A stretch of DNA of 64,000 nt from Catajapyx aquilonaris (lineage: Eukaryota): contig KZ538204.1 of NCBI GenBank assembly GCA_000934665.2, forward strand, positions 1-64,000. The letters are read 5' to 3'. Under the pieces are notes generated by a model. It saw only the letters and a program-made list of their open reading frames with translations, had not been told where the DNA came from and did not search any database. Numbering within the stretch: position 1 is the first letter of the stretch; the number at the start of each line of letters is the position of its first letter. Made by a program: the position numbers and the translations under genes. Below, piece after piece: positions 38,740 through 50,925 of the stretch.

Positions 38740-38911
38740 CGGCTACACACGGGCAAGTTGCATCTGCAGTTGGAGTCGGAGTTGGACTCCACCCGCCATT
38801 GAGAGCGAGGCGGCAGCTCTCGCGACAGCTGCCTATGCCGCCTCGTGCTCATTGGCGGGTGGAGTCCAACTCCGACTCCAACTGCGGATGCAACCTGCCC
38901 GTGTGTAGCCG
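38740..38911. mobile_element. Hairpin MITE (PIF/Harbinger-like ends)
   Basis: CGGCTACACACGGGCA...TGCCCGTGTGTAGCCG, palindromic over its whole length. Confidence 0.75.
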
Positions 38912-40474
38912 CCCGGGGTTAGGACGTAGAAGCTGCTGGTGGGAGTCACTTTTCTGTTGGACAGAAAATGAGAAAGAAGAAGCTGGGCCGCTGGGCCACG
39001 AGTGTTGATTTGGGTAAGGCCAGGTAAGTGCAGCAGCACCAGTAGGCTACGAGCAGCTACGAGTAATACATAAACTGAGTTGAAAACTCCAACAGGTAAA
39101 ATAATATCACAGCCGAAAGAGAGAAAAAAAAGTTGCAGTCTGGTTCACGGGAGAGATGGCCCACTCACTCATTTGCGGGAGAGATATTCACTCTCTCCTG
39201 AGGGAAAGGACTAACTGCCCCTGGTCTGGCCCACCCCCGTGAACCCCAGCACCTCTCTTTCTCCTGAGGCTTTCTTCCCCCTAATGAGATGGCAGCCACG
39301 AGGGGGTAACCACTTTACAAAGATGGGCCATAGGTGGTTCCAAGACCCTGCGCACAGCACTGCACCGGTCATACACAAAGTGGTTACCACCTTGGGCAGG
39401 CAGCCACTGCATTGTCAGTCTTTTTCTAGTGCCATTAATAAATTGTGTGATTCTGTGCCTGACCGTCAGACTGAGAGGTCGCAAGAGTGGGTGTTCCAGA
39501 TCCAACCTGGCTCAACACCATCAAGCTCTTTGCAAATTGTTTACAATGTTTTGTCTTACGCTGTATAATTGCATGTGTATATGTGATCAAACTGATCATG
39601 TCATTGTTTTCATCTTCATCGCCTTCATTAACACTCTGCGTGGCCTGACCATCCACCGGATATGTCATTCTGTCGGTCGTAAAGAGGTGGCCAGGTATAA
39701 CCTGGTCACTGCTGGGTACCCCTTTATTGGAATTAAGCCATGAAGCTATGTACAGTATGTATGTATGTATGTATTAATTTTGGGTTCAATGTCACAGCTG
39801 GTGCTCTCATCGTTATGGGGTGGGACAAGCTGGGCACTCTCCGGAGCCACTTCCAGGAATGTGAGTGCAGTGACTACGAAGCCCCCGCTGATGGGCATGC
39901 CTGTGATTATTGCAGTCATGCACCTGTGCAGCACAGAGATGAAAGAGGTAATCCTGCATTCCCTATGCTGCCACTTATGTGTAGTAGGCTAATTTCAAAT
40001 CTGTGACGTATATCTTTTACAGCAGGATCAAGAAAATCGCCAAGCATTGAGCAAAAGCCAAGCAAAAGTGCTGACACCTCTGCATCAGATGCACACAACA
40101 GCGGTGACACCTCGGCATCAGCTGGACACAATAAGAGTGGTGACACCTCACCCACATCACCTTAGCATCTGCAGTTTCGTCCAATGTTGGTGAAATAACT
40201 GATGACATTGTGGGAAAGAGCAGCGTGGACAGGTTAGAAATTAGCACTTGTGCGGGCAGTGCAATTTCAAAAGTACAAAACTGTATCAACTTGCATGGCA
40301 TAGCCGACATTGTCTTTCAAATAACAATAATATAATTATATAAATGCTATGGATGTGCTTCTGTGTTTTGGTTTTGGAAGTGCTCCACAAAGACCATGTA
40401 ATTGGAATACCTCAAGTGTTCAATCATAGTGAGTTGATACTGTACTGAATTCATGTCATTTAAATTGTGATTAT

Positions 40475-40818
40475 CACTATGCAACACAATATTTGTCCAT
40501 GGAAATTTATTGCTATTTCCATGTTCCTTAGGTCGCAAGTAATTCATAATGGGCATTCATTTGTCTTTGTTTTGTTTTTGACCTCGGGGCAGTCAAAAAA
40601 CCAAAATCCTCAAATATAGCAGTTTTTCCCAATCAAGTGGGCCTAAAAATGTTGCTTGACCACCTCGGATATTTCTGAAAATAATCACAGATGTACACAT
40701 CTATTCATTGATTCATTTTGAATGCCCATTATGAGTTAAGAATGACCTAATGAACATGAATTTGACGATGAATTTCCATCATGGACAAAAAAAGTAGCTA
40801 ACATTGTGTTGCATAGTG
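40475..40818. mobile_element. CAC...GTG MITE with 4-bp TSD (Chapaev-like)
   Basis: TTAT|CACTATGCAACACAAT ... ATTGTGTTGCATAGTG|TTAT; inner CATAATGGGCATTCA inverted pair. Confidence 0.7.
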
Positions 40819-41105
40819 TTATGTAACGAATGACAGTTGGCAGGTCGTGGTTGATAACAGTAATACAGTACGTTACCCGAGTACGCAACCAAAATGGAGC
40901 TAAACTTGAGCTAAACAGTTTGTGTCATGATCGAGCTGGAAGGCTATTTCAGATTGGACAAGAAGGCAGTGGACAAAGTAGTTGCTAGGTTGCAAGATGT
41001 AGTAAAATTATTATTGAAGAGAATCAACCTCTGCATTGACCAGTCCCATGTCACTTCTATCCCAGGCCAATAGAAAAAGCTGCGCCGCTATCCCTTCCCG
41101 CCGTA

Positions 41106-41213
41106 GAGCTAGTATAACTGCAATGGAATCCAGCTGTGGAACTCGCATCTAAGTTCAGCGTTGAACTTAGATGCGAGTTCCACAGCTGGATTCCATTGCA
41201 GTTATACTAGCTC
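41106..41213. repeat. Perfect hairpin, about 52-bp stem with a very small loop
   Basis: GAGCTAGTATAACTGCAATGGAATCCAGCTGTGGAACTCGCATCTAAGTTCA followed by its exact reverse complement. Confidence 0.9.
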
Positions 41214-41735
41214 CATAGCAGGAAGAGATAGCTGCACGCAAGATGGCGGCAAGTGTCCCACCTATCCTTCTTAGACCGTGGTATTGACTAAATATGGCCC
41301 ATTCCTCTTAATTTCTCCCAACTGTCCCTTTTCTGACTCAGGTTCTCCCTCGCTGTTCTATAACCCACATATAAAAGGTTGTAAATTTACAAAGTAGATC
41401 TGAGCTCCATTAAAATCACCCAAAAGTATTTTTGTAATTGTAAATAATCTTAGGTTGTTGCATGTAAACTTGATCACTTAATTTCATTTTTTGTTCCCAG
41501 AGCTGTCCCCCTAACAGGGCTCTGCCCTGCAATGGGGTAACATAAATAAAAATAAAGAATAGTAAAATTATTATCAGATACTTCTGATTACATTAATATG
41601 GGGTTGTACAAACCATGTAATAACATACTGAAGATTAAATAAAGAAGTGCTCTTTCCCCATATATCTTCTAATGCAATCTAATTGATTGATAATACCATT
41701 GGAACCTTTATGCAAACATTTTATTCCAGCATCAG

Positions 41736-41925
41736 GTGGCCAAGTGCACACCCTCAAATGTGCTAGGATGAGCATATATTATATACAATATAATATGCTC
41801 ATCCCAGCACATTTGAGGGTGTGCACCTGGCCACATATATTTATGTGACAATTTGTCATGTATAAAGCCTGTCAAGCATAAATATGCATGACCGGCTTTA
41901 TACATGACATTTGTCGCATATATTT
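41736..41925. repeat. Two adjacent hairpins
   Basis: GTGGCCA.GTGCACACCCTCAAATGTGCT.GGATGAGCATAT inverted pair (41736-41834), then a TGTCATGTATAAAGCC inverted pair (about 41837-41925). Confidence 0.8.
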
Positions 41926-42112
41926 ATCCTGGAAAAAATATCACTTTTGTCATGGTTATTTAACCCGGACATTTCTTAGAGGTAGTTTCACACTTTTATC
42001 ACAAAATGCAAAGTTTGGATTCTACAGTGACGCCTGCCTGTGATGACGTGAAAAAGACGCAAAATTCACATTAATAAGCTGCTATTCCCATCCCTGTTTG
42101 GATTCAAATATA

Positions 42113-42903
42113 CAGGGTGGTCCATTTAAAACTGTTTCGGCTAATATCCTGACAATCATGCATCCAACAAGACCTGCTGCATATGGAATGTGGGTTGCAC
42201 CAAGGGGGACACAGGATAGTGCTGCGGGGTACATTGCGGATGGCGCCACTGACCGTGACCCGGGGTCAATGTCACATTCGTCAATGAAAACCCCCATAAT
42301 TTATTGCAGATATTGGCACTACATGACAAGCAAAGACACTTTCACAGGGACTGCATTGTCAATTGAATGCGCCAACAGCGCCTTAAGAAAATGTTGAAGA
42401 TGGTGACATTCACCTCCACGGCATGCAGAGCAATTGCATCATGTCAGCTGGTTATGATCTGCAATATGAAACAAAATGTTGCAAGTACATCACATGACAT
42501 GTCTAATTTGGATTTCACCTTCATGTGTACACCCAAACAAGATCTCATGTAGCTAATGTAATTGCAACATTTATTTAATATTGCAGGTAATAACCAAGGT
42601 GAATGTCACCATCTTCAACATTTATTTATTTTTTTGCGCTGTTGGCACATTCAATTGACAATGCAGTCCCTGTGAAAGTGTCTTTGCGTTTCATGTAGTG
42701 TCAATATCTGCAGTAAATTATGGGGGTTTCCATCGACGAATATGACCTTGACCCCGGGTCACGGTCAGTGGCGCCATCCTCAATGTACCCCGCAGCACTA
42801 TCCTGTGTCCCCCTTGGTGCAACCCACATTCCATATCAGAAGGTCTTGGTGGATGCATGATTGTCAGGATATTAGCCGAAACAGTTTTAAATGGACCACC
42901 CTG
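42113..42903. mobile_element. Large fold-back Tc1-like element
   Basis: TA|CAGGGTGGTCCATTTAAAACTGTTTCGGC ... reverse complement|TA; inverted arms of about 300 bp. Confidence 0.9.
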
Positions 42904-45900
42904 TATTAATGGGCAGAAAAGAACAGCTTAGTGGATAGTACTGTACAGTAGTATAGTAGAATATATTGCAGATGCGGAATTTTCGAACGCACCCATGTGG
43001 AATTGTCGGTCAATATTATTTCCCTTTTTTAGAGATATACAGTAGGTCAGGTCAAGAGGTCAGAAGAGAGCGTTGAGTCCGGGTGTGATAGGGATGGCTG
43101 GTTCCTGGAAGGTGCTGTCGTTAATTTTGGCTTGTCTGGGTTCAGGCTTCAGCAGTGACGCACCACGTTTCATAACCTCGCCTTCACTTATGTGGTTACT
43201 TCCAAAATTTGCACATGCCTACATCAGCAAGCTAATAATTCACAAGATACTTACATCAAGATCAACCGATCGACGACACGAGGAAGGGGGAAGAGAACGA
43301 GGAAGAGAGGGAAGGTGGCTCCTGACGCTTAGCGGTGGACGGAAGTTCAACCTACGCTTACAGCCACTCAAGGGCGGATGGCGCTGCTTACCCTCTCTTG
43401 TCAATGCTTGGTGAATTGACGTCACTGATTGACATGCTTTGGTGTTTTGGTTAAAATCAGCAATTACATCGAATTTATATTTGTGTTACATCGATACCCG
43501 GATGAGGTTATTGGGAAGCCAGCCGGCCGGCAGACGAACTATGCAAGGTATGGACAGCAAAGCTAACCAAAAGTACTATACGTCAGGATGGAATATATGA
43601 TTTCGACTTATGCTATTATTACAATGTTTATGAGGGTAATTTAATGATTTGGTACAATAGAATCTATGTTTACAATATATATTTATATTTCATCATACGT
43701 TGGATTTTGATTGTGGGCTGAGACAGGCCTACTTTAACACCACTGTCCGTTTCAAGTCTAGAACCTACATCAGCTACATCATTTGCACTTCTTTAAGTTG
43801 CAGTTTCACTAGAATAAAACCTAGGTTAAAACACTTCTAATATACTACGTACTGCAATTAGATCAGTAGCTAGGCCAGTAGTAGAGTTGTGGAGGTTCCG
43901 GACTTCTGGTGATTGGAGACTCAGGTTTAGGACCTAGGTAGGGAACAGAATGGCATCAGCTTGATCGAGACCTCTCTTCCAACTTAGCCTGTTAGTAGTT
44001 AATAATAATTTACATGCAAGATGATTTCACAGCTGCTTTGTGTTTACCATTAGGAATGTTTTACATTATGTTTTGCAGTAAACAAACCTCCAGGTGGAGC
44101 CGGGTTCGGGGGTTGAACTGATGGGTTTTTCTATCATTTTGTACAATATTGCCATTTCTCTGGCAGCTGAAGAATATGAGGAATGGGGTTTGGGGTAAGC
44201 TGATGGATCATCCAGGCTGATGGAAAGATTGATTGGATTACATCCTATTCTGTGCAACCTGGAAAAATGAGTCAAATAAGGTTACTTACCAGGGAGGGTT
44301 AGGTTAGCACAGGAATTAAAACTTCATCACCTGGCAGAAAGCACATGCTGGAAATGATGCAGAGGTGGTTCACTACTGACCTACTAAAATTGCAAAAATT
44401 GATAAGCACCTCTAAGTTGAAACCATCTGACCCAGAGGAAGTACCTCTTTCTCCCTGCAGTTTGTGGGCACTATTTCCAAAACTTCAACGCCCTCCCCTA
44501 CCACCATCACTAGCAGTTCTTGCATTTCAGCCTTCACCCACACCTCCTGCTCCAGGCAAAAGTTTGAAGGCTCTCTCACTTCCTCCTCTACCTAGGCATT
44601 TCCACATGCACATTGTCATTTCTTCCAGTAATGCATGCTTCTCTGATGGTAATTATTATTGTGGATGCACTTCTCCTTCCATCTGGTGTCTGAAGAAATT
44701 GACACCACTTCCAGTGTCCCATTCTTTGTGTGTGCAACCTACTCTGACCTTGTCTCCACCTGCTTTTGCAACTGCTGCCTATTCTGCTTCCTTCTCTGCT
44801 AACATTCCTTTTGCTGCTTCATTCATTGATGTTTCTGGCCATATTTCCCAATCCTTAATCTCTCTCACCAATCTCACTCTTCAGGACAGTGCCCATATTG
44901 AACATAGTGCTAGACTGACAAAATGTGGAAAGTCAATGCATTGGATAGGACCTGTTCAGAGCCCATCTAGTGATAAATATTTCCCTGAGCTATCAGTCTT
45001 CAGGTCTCATTTCCAGGTATGCTAGGGTGTGTGAAAGGTGTGGCAGGCAGTAGGCTACACAAAATAATAATTATTGAGTTCCTTCAGTGATCATAAATAC
45101 CCTACTGCATCGGTGTCCAAGGTTAAACAATAGTCATCAGCCTAATAGGAGATCTAGTGAATTTATTCCAACTTCTTCAGATAGTTTTGCTGTCATACAT
45201 GATACATCCCATGGTGTGTGAGTGGTGTGGCATTATAGTTCGTTTAGTCACAATGTAAAAAGAAATCAATGTGCCAGGTTTACCAATATTACTGTCCTGA
45301 GCCTGATTCAAAGTGCAGTCTAATTGTTTCTGAAAGCCTGCCATCCAATCAAAAGCTTTCTGAAAATCTTGCTTATTAATATCACTATGTGACACCCCCC
45401 CTGTGAACCTGTCGATGCAGGCTAGACTACCGGGTTTAACATACTCATAACAAGACTTCATCAAATATTAAAAATTAGGAAGAAGATGCTAATAATAATA
45501 ATTAGCCTACACATGCCAGTTTTATGACCATGAGTTAAGGTTAACTACAACTTAGTCTTACGAAAATAACAGCTTACTCCCAAGATAACATTAACTCATG
45601 TCCATAATATACCAGCCCTTAAATCATCTATACCTGAGTACACAGAGCCCAATATTGTCCAAAATAGGGTATTTCATTGAACTATTGTAAGAATACCCGT
45701 TTGGAACATATGAAACAACCCTTGTTGCTACAGATTGGTGCTGATAATAATGCTACCCAGGTTGATTTAGTTAATATCACCATCTGCCAAACATCAATAT
45801 TATAATTATATTGCCATTAATCCAACCTGTTTGGGTCAAGGTACTGTGGCACATATCCTATTCAATTGTATATACTGCTACCAAAGATTTGAACAAACTC

Positions 45901-47614
45901 TCAATGTGGTTGATGTGATGTGGTAATTATTAAAAAAATTGATCACAGCTTGAAGATTGCACTCTGTAGTAAATTATTACACAAATTGAATATAAATTAC
46001 AAATACGTATATGAAAAACCATGGCAAAGTTTTCAGGATGATTGAACGAGTAAAATCCTATCCCAGGACCTTTTTCACAAGGCCTGCTGTGTTTATGTTG
46101 AGCAGTTGCCTGGAAGATGGTGGAAGGGACACAGTATGTGATATTAATGAAGCTCATCCAAAACATAGGTTAGAATTTGTAGATGTGACTCCTTATTTAT
46201 CCATACATTGATAGAATACTTCATGAAATTATAGGCCTATTTTATAGGTGCTTGAATATAACTGTTTCACATCTTTCCACAGTTTTCCATGAAATATATT
46301 AGGTTCTTAACTATATTCCCTCATACATTAATGAGGAATGTTAAATATTTGCTGTGATTATTGCCACGTGCATTTGTACAATCATAGTAACTAGTGAAAA
46401 TCACATAAAATGTAAGCAGTTTTATGACCTCAAAAGCTTCACTTGCCATCAAGACTAATAATGACATGTACAAGTATAGTTGTTACTAACTTGTACGGTC
46501 AGGTGAGGTATTAACTCATTTTCAACTTTCATTCACGGATCTGTGGACTGTCTTGCTTTGCAGATTGTGTACGTGAGTGATGATGAAAATAATGATTATA
46601 AGGATAATGACAATGAAGTCTTGTAACTTTATCAACTCAAGGATGCATGTGATTATGGTGTTGTCATGATTTTGTCTGCTCCTTTGATAGTGCACACTTT
46701 TACAGGATGAGACCTAACTGCTTATTATTCCAAATTATCATGCAATAATGCAGTTTGCTTGCTGTGTCTTCACTTTCAAATAACTTACATCTATCCGTGA
46801 ACGTGAAGTAGAGTGATGATCTATGTGCATATAGCGTAGTAATCCCATGTTGAGGCCTTTTCAATAATAAAGCCTTTGCCCAGCTTTTTAAATGAGGGGT
46901 AACAACATAGACTATACAGCATAATAATTCATAATAATACGTAGTACAGGTGGTATTGTGAATAAAAGTGGCCTAGTTGAGTTACTGTGAGACATGCAGA
47001 GAGAGGGCTCAAGAATTGACATTTTCTTGCAACCCCGAATCCTCAGATCGGTTCTCGCGAGCTTGCGATGCAATCTTGATTGTTACTTTCGTGTCTGTTA
47101 CTTCCTTATGACAGGTGATTGAAACCTACTGACGCCTTCTCAATTAACCGTGTAAAGCACTACACTACTAGAGCTTCCTTTCACAGTAGGCTATAGACTA
47201 GGTCAGGTTATACCTACAATATCAAGGGAATATTTCCAAATGTAACTACGAATTATTGAACATTATGTGTTGCACAATCATAAACAAGAATGTGTGTGCA
47301 TTTCCTTCCATTTGTGCCGGCAAATAAATTAACATTAAAAGTTTTAGCCATTATGGGAAACGAGCCGGAACGAGTTGCAAATGCCTGCTCCAGCTTCCCT
47401 GCGCTCACAGAAAGAAAAGGGTCCCGGGTTCGATCCGTAACCTGCTTTTTTTCCAGCTAGTCTAGATCTGGATAGTCTACAATCATAATTCATGTAAAAA
47501 AATAAAAAAAGAGTATTCTACTGGCAGAACTGTGACATGGTAGAATGCAGTAGGGAGCTGTAAAAATGGTAGAATAATGTAAATCTTTCTACTGTAAGAG
47601 TATCATCTTGTATA

Positions 47615-48607
47615 CAGGGTGACCCTGTCTGGACATAGGTACGGTAATTGAATGATTTCATTGTTGGTTTCCAGTTGTGCCAACTCGCAAGTTGCCAAGC
47701 AACAGGTTGTTGACTGCCAGTAAAGGTTGAGTTCTTAGAGGGAAAGGTACAGTATGTTCTAATTAGTAGTTCTACTTATTGTGCTCTAATAATAATTAGT
47801 AATATTACTGTATTATTACTCATTTAGGCTTTTAAGGGCCCGGCAAGGTATGTTCTAGTAAACTTGCTGTAAGTTATTATTAGTCTTTTAAGGGCCTGGC
47901 TAATAAGAACATAATACAGGGTGATCCAACTCTATGGCACCAGTAGTTATTTAAAAAATCGCGCAAGCTGCTTGTTTATAAGCAAGTCGTTGCTAAGAGA
48001 TGCTTTCTGGCTCTTTCTGGAGAATCGGGAATAGCACCTGCTGATATTAGGTCCAATGGCCATGTAACAATAATATTTTATTTGCTGGTAACTAAACAAC
48101 GCTGCCTGTTGACCTGTCTCAGTTTTGCCAACTGCGGCCAACAATGAACAGACCAGAAGGCCTATTTATTGACACACCCGGGTCTGTCCAGTTCCGACGG
48201 ATTAGACCTTTGGTTTGGCAGCTAGTGACCTCATGTGAAACCCTCCAGCGAACACCAGAACAGCCTGTTTCCCACGGATGATCCTTTTTTCCCTCATTAA
48301 TATTGTTACATGGGCATTGGACCTAATATCAGCAGGTGCTATTCCCGATTCTCCAGAAAGTAACTCTTATTGATCTCTTAGCAACGACCTGCTTATAAAC
48401 AAGCAGCTTGTTGATTTTTCCAATAACTGTTGGTGCCACAGAGTTGGATCACCCTGTATAATAACATAACAGAATAGTCCTCCAAGAACTGAATCTTCAC
48501 TTACTGTCAACAATCAGTTACTTGACAACCTGCCAGGTGGACCAACTGGCAACCAACAATGCAATAATATTCAATTACCCATGTGTCCAGACTGTAGGGT
48601 CACCCTG
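47615..48607. mobile_element. Tc1-like MITE (outer)
   Basis: TA|CAGGGTGACCCT ... AGGGTCACCCTG|TA with inverted CATTGTTGGTT.CCAGTTG blocks. Confidence 0.75.
47917..48456. mobile_element. Tc1-like MITE (nested, inner)
   Basis: TA|CAGGGTGATCCAACTCT.TGGCACCA ... TGGTGCCACAGAGTTGGATCACCCTG|TA; arms of about 150 bp. Confidence 0.85.
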
Positions 48608-49725
48608 TATACAGTCAGCTGTATAAATAATATACAGATGTATAAATATACAGCTGTATAAATATACAAATACCGTAGATATACATGATATTTATGCTCC
48701 TTTATATGGTAAAGTAATCCAGCAGACATACTCGTAGTAAGTTTTACTGATGAGTTCGGTTCAAAGAATGTTATAACCTATCATTGCTTAAAATATTCAA
48801 ATAAAAATTATGGGAAGTTCCTAGTGCTCTCTGTGGCCATTTAATTTGCAAACATTGTGGCTTCAATATCTCAGCTGGGCATCCTGCTCTGAAATTCTAG
48901 CTCCAGTCACTTTCCGAGCAGGCACTATTAAGTACCGGTACCATTTAGACGGGGCAGTTTTTTTCCAAGAAGTGAAACCTAAGCCCAGGTCAAAAGGTTA
49001 AGTATGTTATTTGGGCTCACAAGTGCAAACCGGGGGGAAACTCGCAAAACCCCTCTAGAACAGTGCAAAATTGCACTGTTCTATGGGTTCTTTTCCTGTG
49101 TTGCGGTCGCGACCCCAATTTTGGGGTCGCGAGGAAGGGTTGTGACCTTCAACGGGAAAAAAAGGCGGGCCCTGCGCCCCCACCCCCAAGAGAAATTTCT
49201 GCATGCACCACTAACATCGACAAATGTGGGCCCAAAGACGCATGTCTGCACAGGTCTTTGTAACCCCCCCCCCTGAAAAAATTATTGGATCCGCCACTGA
49301 CCGGTACTTATCCATACAGAAAAAAATATATTTATGTCGAGCGAGCAAAATAAGCCCCCTTCACATTCCCTGCCTTGCTTTTTAAAAATCCATTAACTAC
49401 AAGTTACCCCATAAGTTTTAGACCACTATTTATCATTTGACATAAAAAATACAGTAGCCCTACTATTCACAAAACAGTAGGCGTACTGAACCGAAAAAAT
49501 TCCGTAAAATTATAGGTATTTTTACAGTATATTGTATGTTTACTCCGTCCTTGACCTAGGGCCACTTCCCTAGAGTCACAAACAACCTGAATAGCAAATC
49601 AACTTGAAATGGAGCACCTCCTCCCTAAACGCTCCATATTCACAACTGTCTTTGATACAGTCCCCTGCAATTCCAGAATAATTATTTGCGCACAGAGGTA
49701 CCCATCAATAAAGAGCAGTGCAAGG

Positions 49726-49901
49726 CAGGGGCGGATCCGGGGGGGGGGGGGNNNNNNNNNNNNNNNNNNNNNNNNNNNNNNNNNNNNNNNNNNNNNNNNN
49801 NNNNNNNNNNNNNNNNNNNNNNNNNNNNNNNNNNNNNNNNNNNNNNNNNNNNNNNNNNNGCCCCCCCCCCCCCCCCGAAATAATTTCTGGATCCGCCCCT
49901 G
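49726..49901. mobile_element. hAT-like MITE spanning an assembly gap
   Basis: CAGGGGCGGATCC ... GGATCCGCCCCTG; 8-bp TSD GTGCAAGG at 49718-49725 and 49902-49909. Confidence 0.85.
49752..49859. other. Assembly gap (N run) between poly-G and poly-C tracts
   Basis: Direct reading. Confidence 1.
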
Positions 49902-50098
49902 GTGCAAGGCTGTACTTCACGCATTAATTAGAAAGACATGACGTGTTCGCTCGGACCCTCATATACACTCAGCGAACTCTAGTAGGTAAATAAATTATAC
50001 TTCACATGTGTGCCTAACACGAAAAACATCAAAGGCTAGATAAAAGCCTACATAGAGCAGTATAGCCTACCCTGTACAGATGCGGATGTCTATAGTTC

Positions 50099-50925
50099 GG
50101 TATCGCCCCATTTCGCCGCCTTGCATTATTACGTTTCCCATTTCGCCGCCGATGATTCATTCCCATTCGCCGCCTTCGCAATTCGCCGCATGCGGGATTG
50201 GTACACGAAAACGCAAGTCAATACAAAAGAAAGAAAAAAGTGTAACACTGCATTCGCGATGTAAATGTTGTCATTTTATTTCTCGTCGATGATGTCTAAA
50301 ACATATGCCCGTATATTTGTATGTGGCTTACGCCATCTAAACATTCAATCCACACTGTATGGGATCAGGGGCTAAAACCCGCTGGCGGAAATTGTTGATC
50401 CTGACCGAGTTGGGCCTTCCGTTTCGTAACAATACCACGTCATCCTCCACCTTCTTCTGCTCTTTCTTCAGACACGTAATGACTTCGTAAACGTTGGGAT
50501 GCAGTTTCTTGGGGCCGGTTTCACCGAGCTCGGTATATGATAAAACCAGGTTTCGTTTGGAAAATACATACAAATATGTAGGGATTTTTTGAAAGAAATC
50601 TGGTTTTATCATATACCGAGCTCGGTGAAACCGGCCCTTAGTCAGACGATTGAATATGTTATGCCAGCCTGTAAAATGTAGGACTGTGACAAAAGTCGAT
50701 GGTATTAGTAGGCTACAGTAATTACCTTCCAAGTGATTGTTTGTGCGATATGCATGCTACAATCCTTCCTTTCTGACAATGCCCGCGTGAAGGTCTACAT
50801 AAATACTATACGGATTGGCAGAGAAATGGGACGCGTCTATAATATCCAGGCGGCGAAACGGCAAGATAACACGGCGGCGTAATGGGAAACGGAATAATGC
50901 AAGGCGGCCGTATGGGGTGTATTCC
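50099..50925 (-). mobile_element. Internally deleted Mutator (MULE) element with an intron-containing transposase fragment
   Basis: TIR GG...CCCCAT..CG.CGCCTTGCATTATT; TATAGTTC repeated on both flanks. Removing the intron 50669-50725 and the MITE 50512-50637 gives AYRTNNHLEGWHNIFNRLTKKLHPNVYEVITCLKKEQ, a MULE transposase C-terminal signature. Confidence 0.85.
50512..50637. mobile_element. PIF/Harbinger-like hairpin MITE
   Basis: GGGCCGGTTTCACCGAGCTCGGTATATGATAAAACCAG TIRs; 3-bp TTG/TTA flanks. Confidence 0.85.

Larger units (their letters stand above)
38321..41982 (+). mobile_element. CMC/EnSpm-like (CACT...) non-autonomous element with accessory-gene exons and nested inserts
   Basis: TA|CACTCTAAGAAATGTC ... 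GACATTTCTTAGAG(-)G|TA; reiterated subterminal CATGAC/GTCATG motifs. Internal exon at about 39798-39948 encodes a C-x-C...C-x2-C-x-H-x4-H motif. Confidence 0.55.

Noticed and set aside
40065..40150. Short spaced repeats that might suggest a CRISPR-like array
   Set aside because: Only three degenerate tandem units within an exon-like segment of eukaryotic DNA; no unique spacers or cas genes.
44345..45025. 226-aa ORF, the longest in the track
   Set aside because: Pro/Ser/Leu-rich composition typical of an antisense read of decayed sequence; no domain recognised on either strand.
45900..46210. Possible EnSpm transposase C-terminal remnant
   Set aside because: Resemblance too vague, and no matching TIR pair could be fixed.
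49599..49941. ORFs containing X runs
   Set aside because: Artefacts of the N gap.
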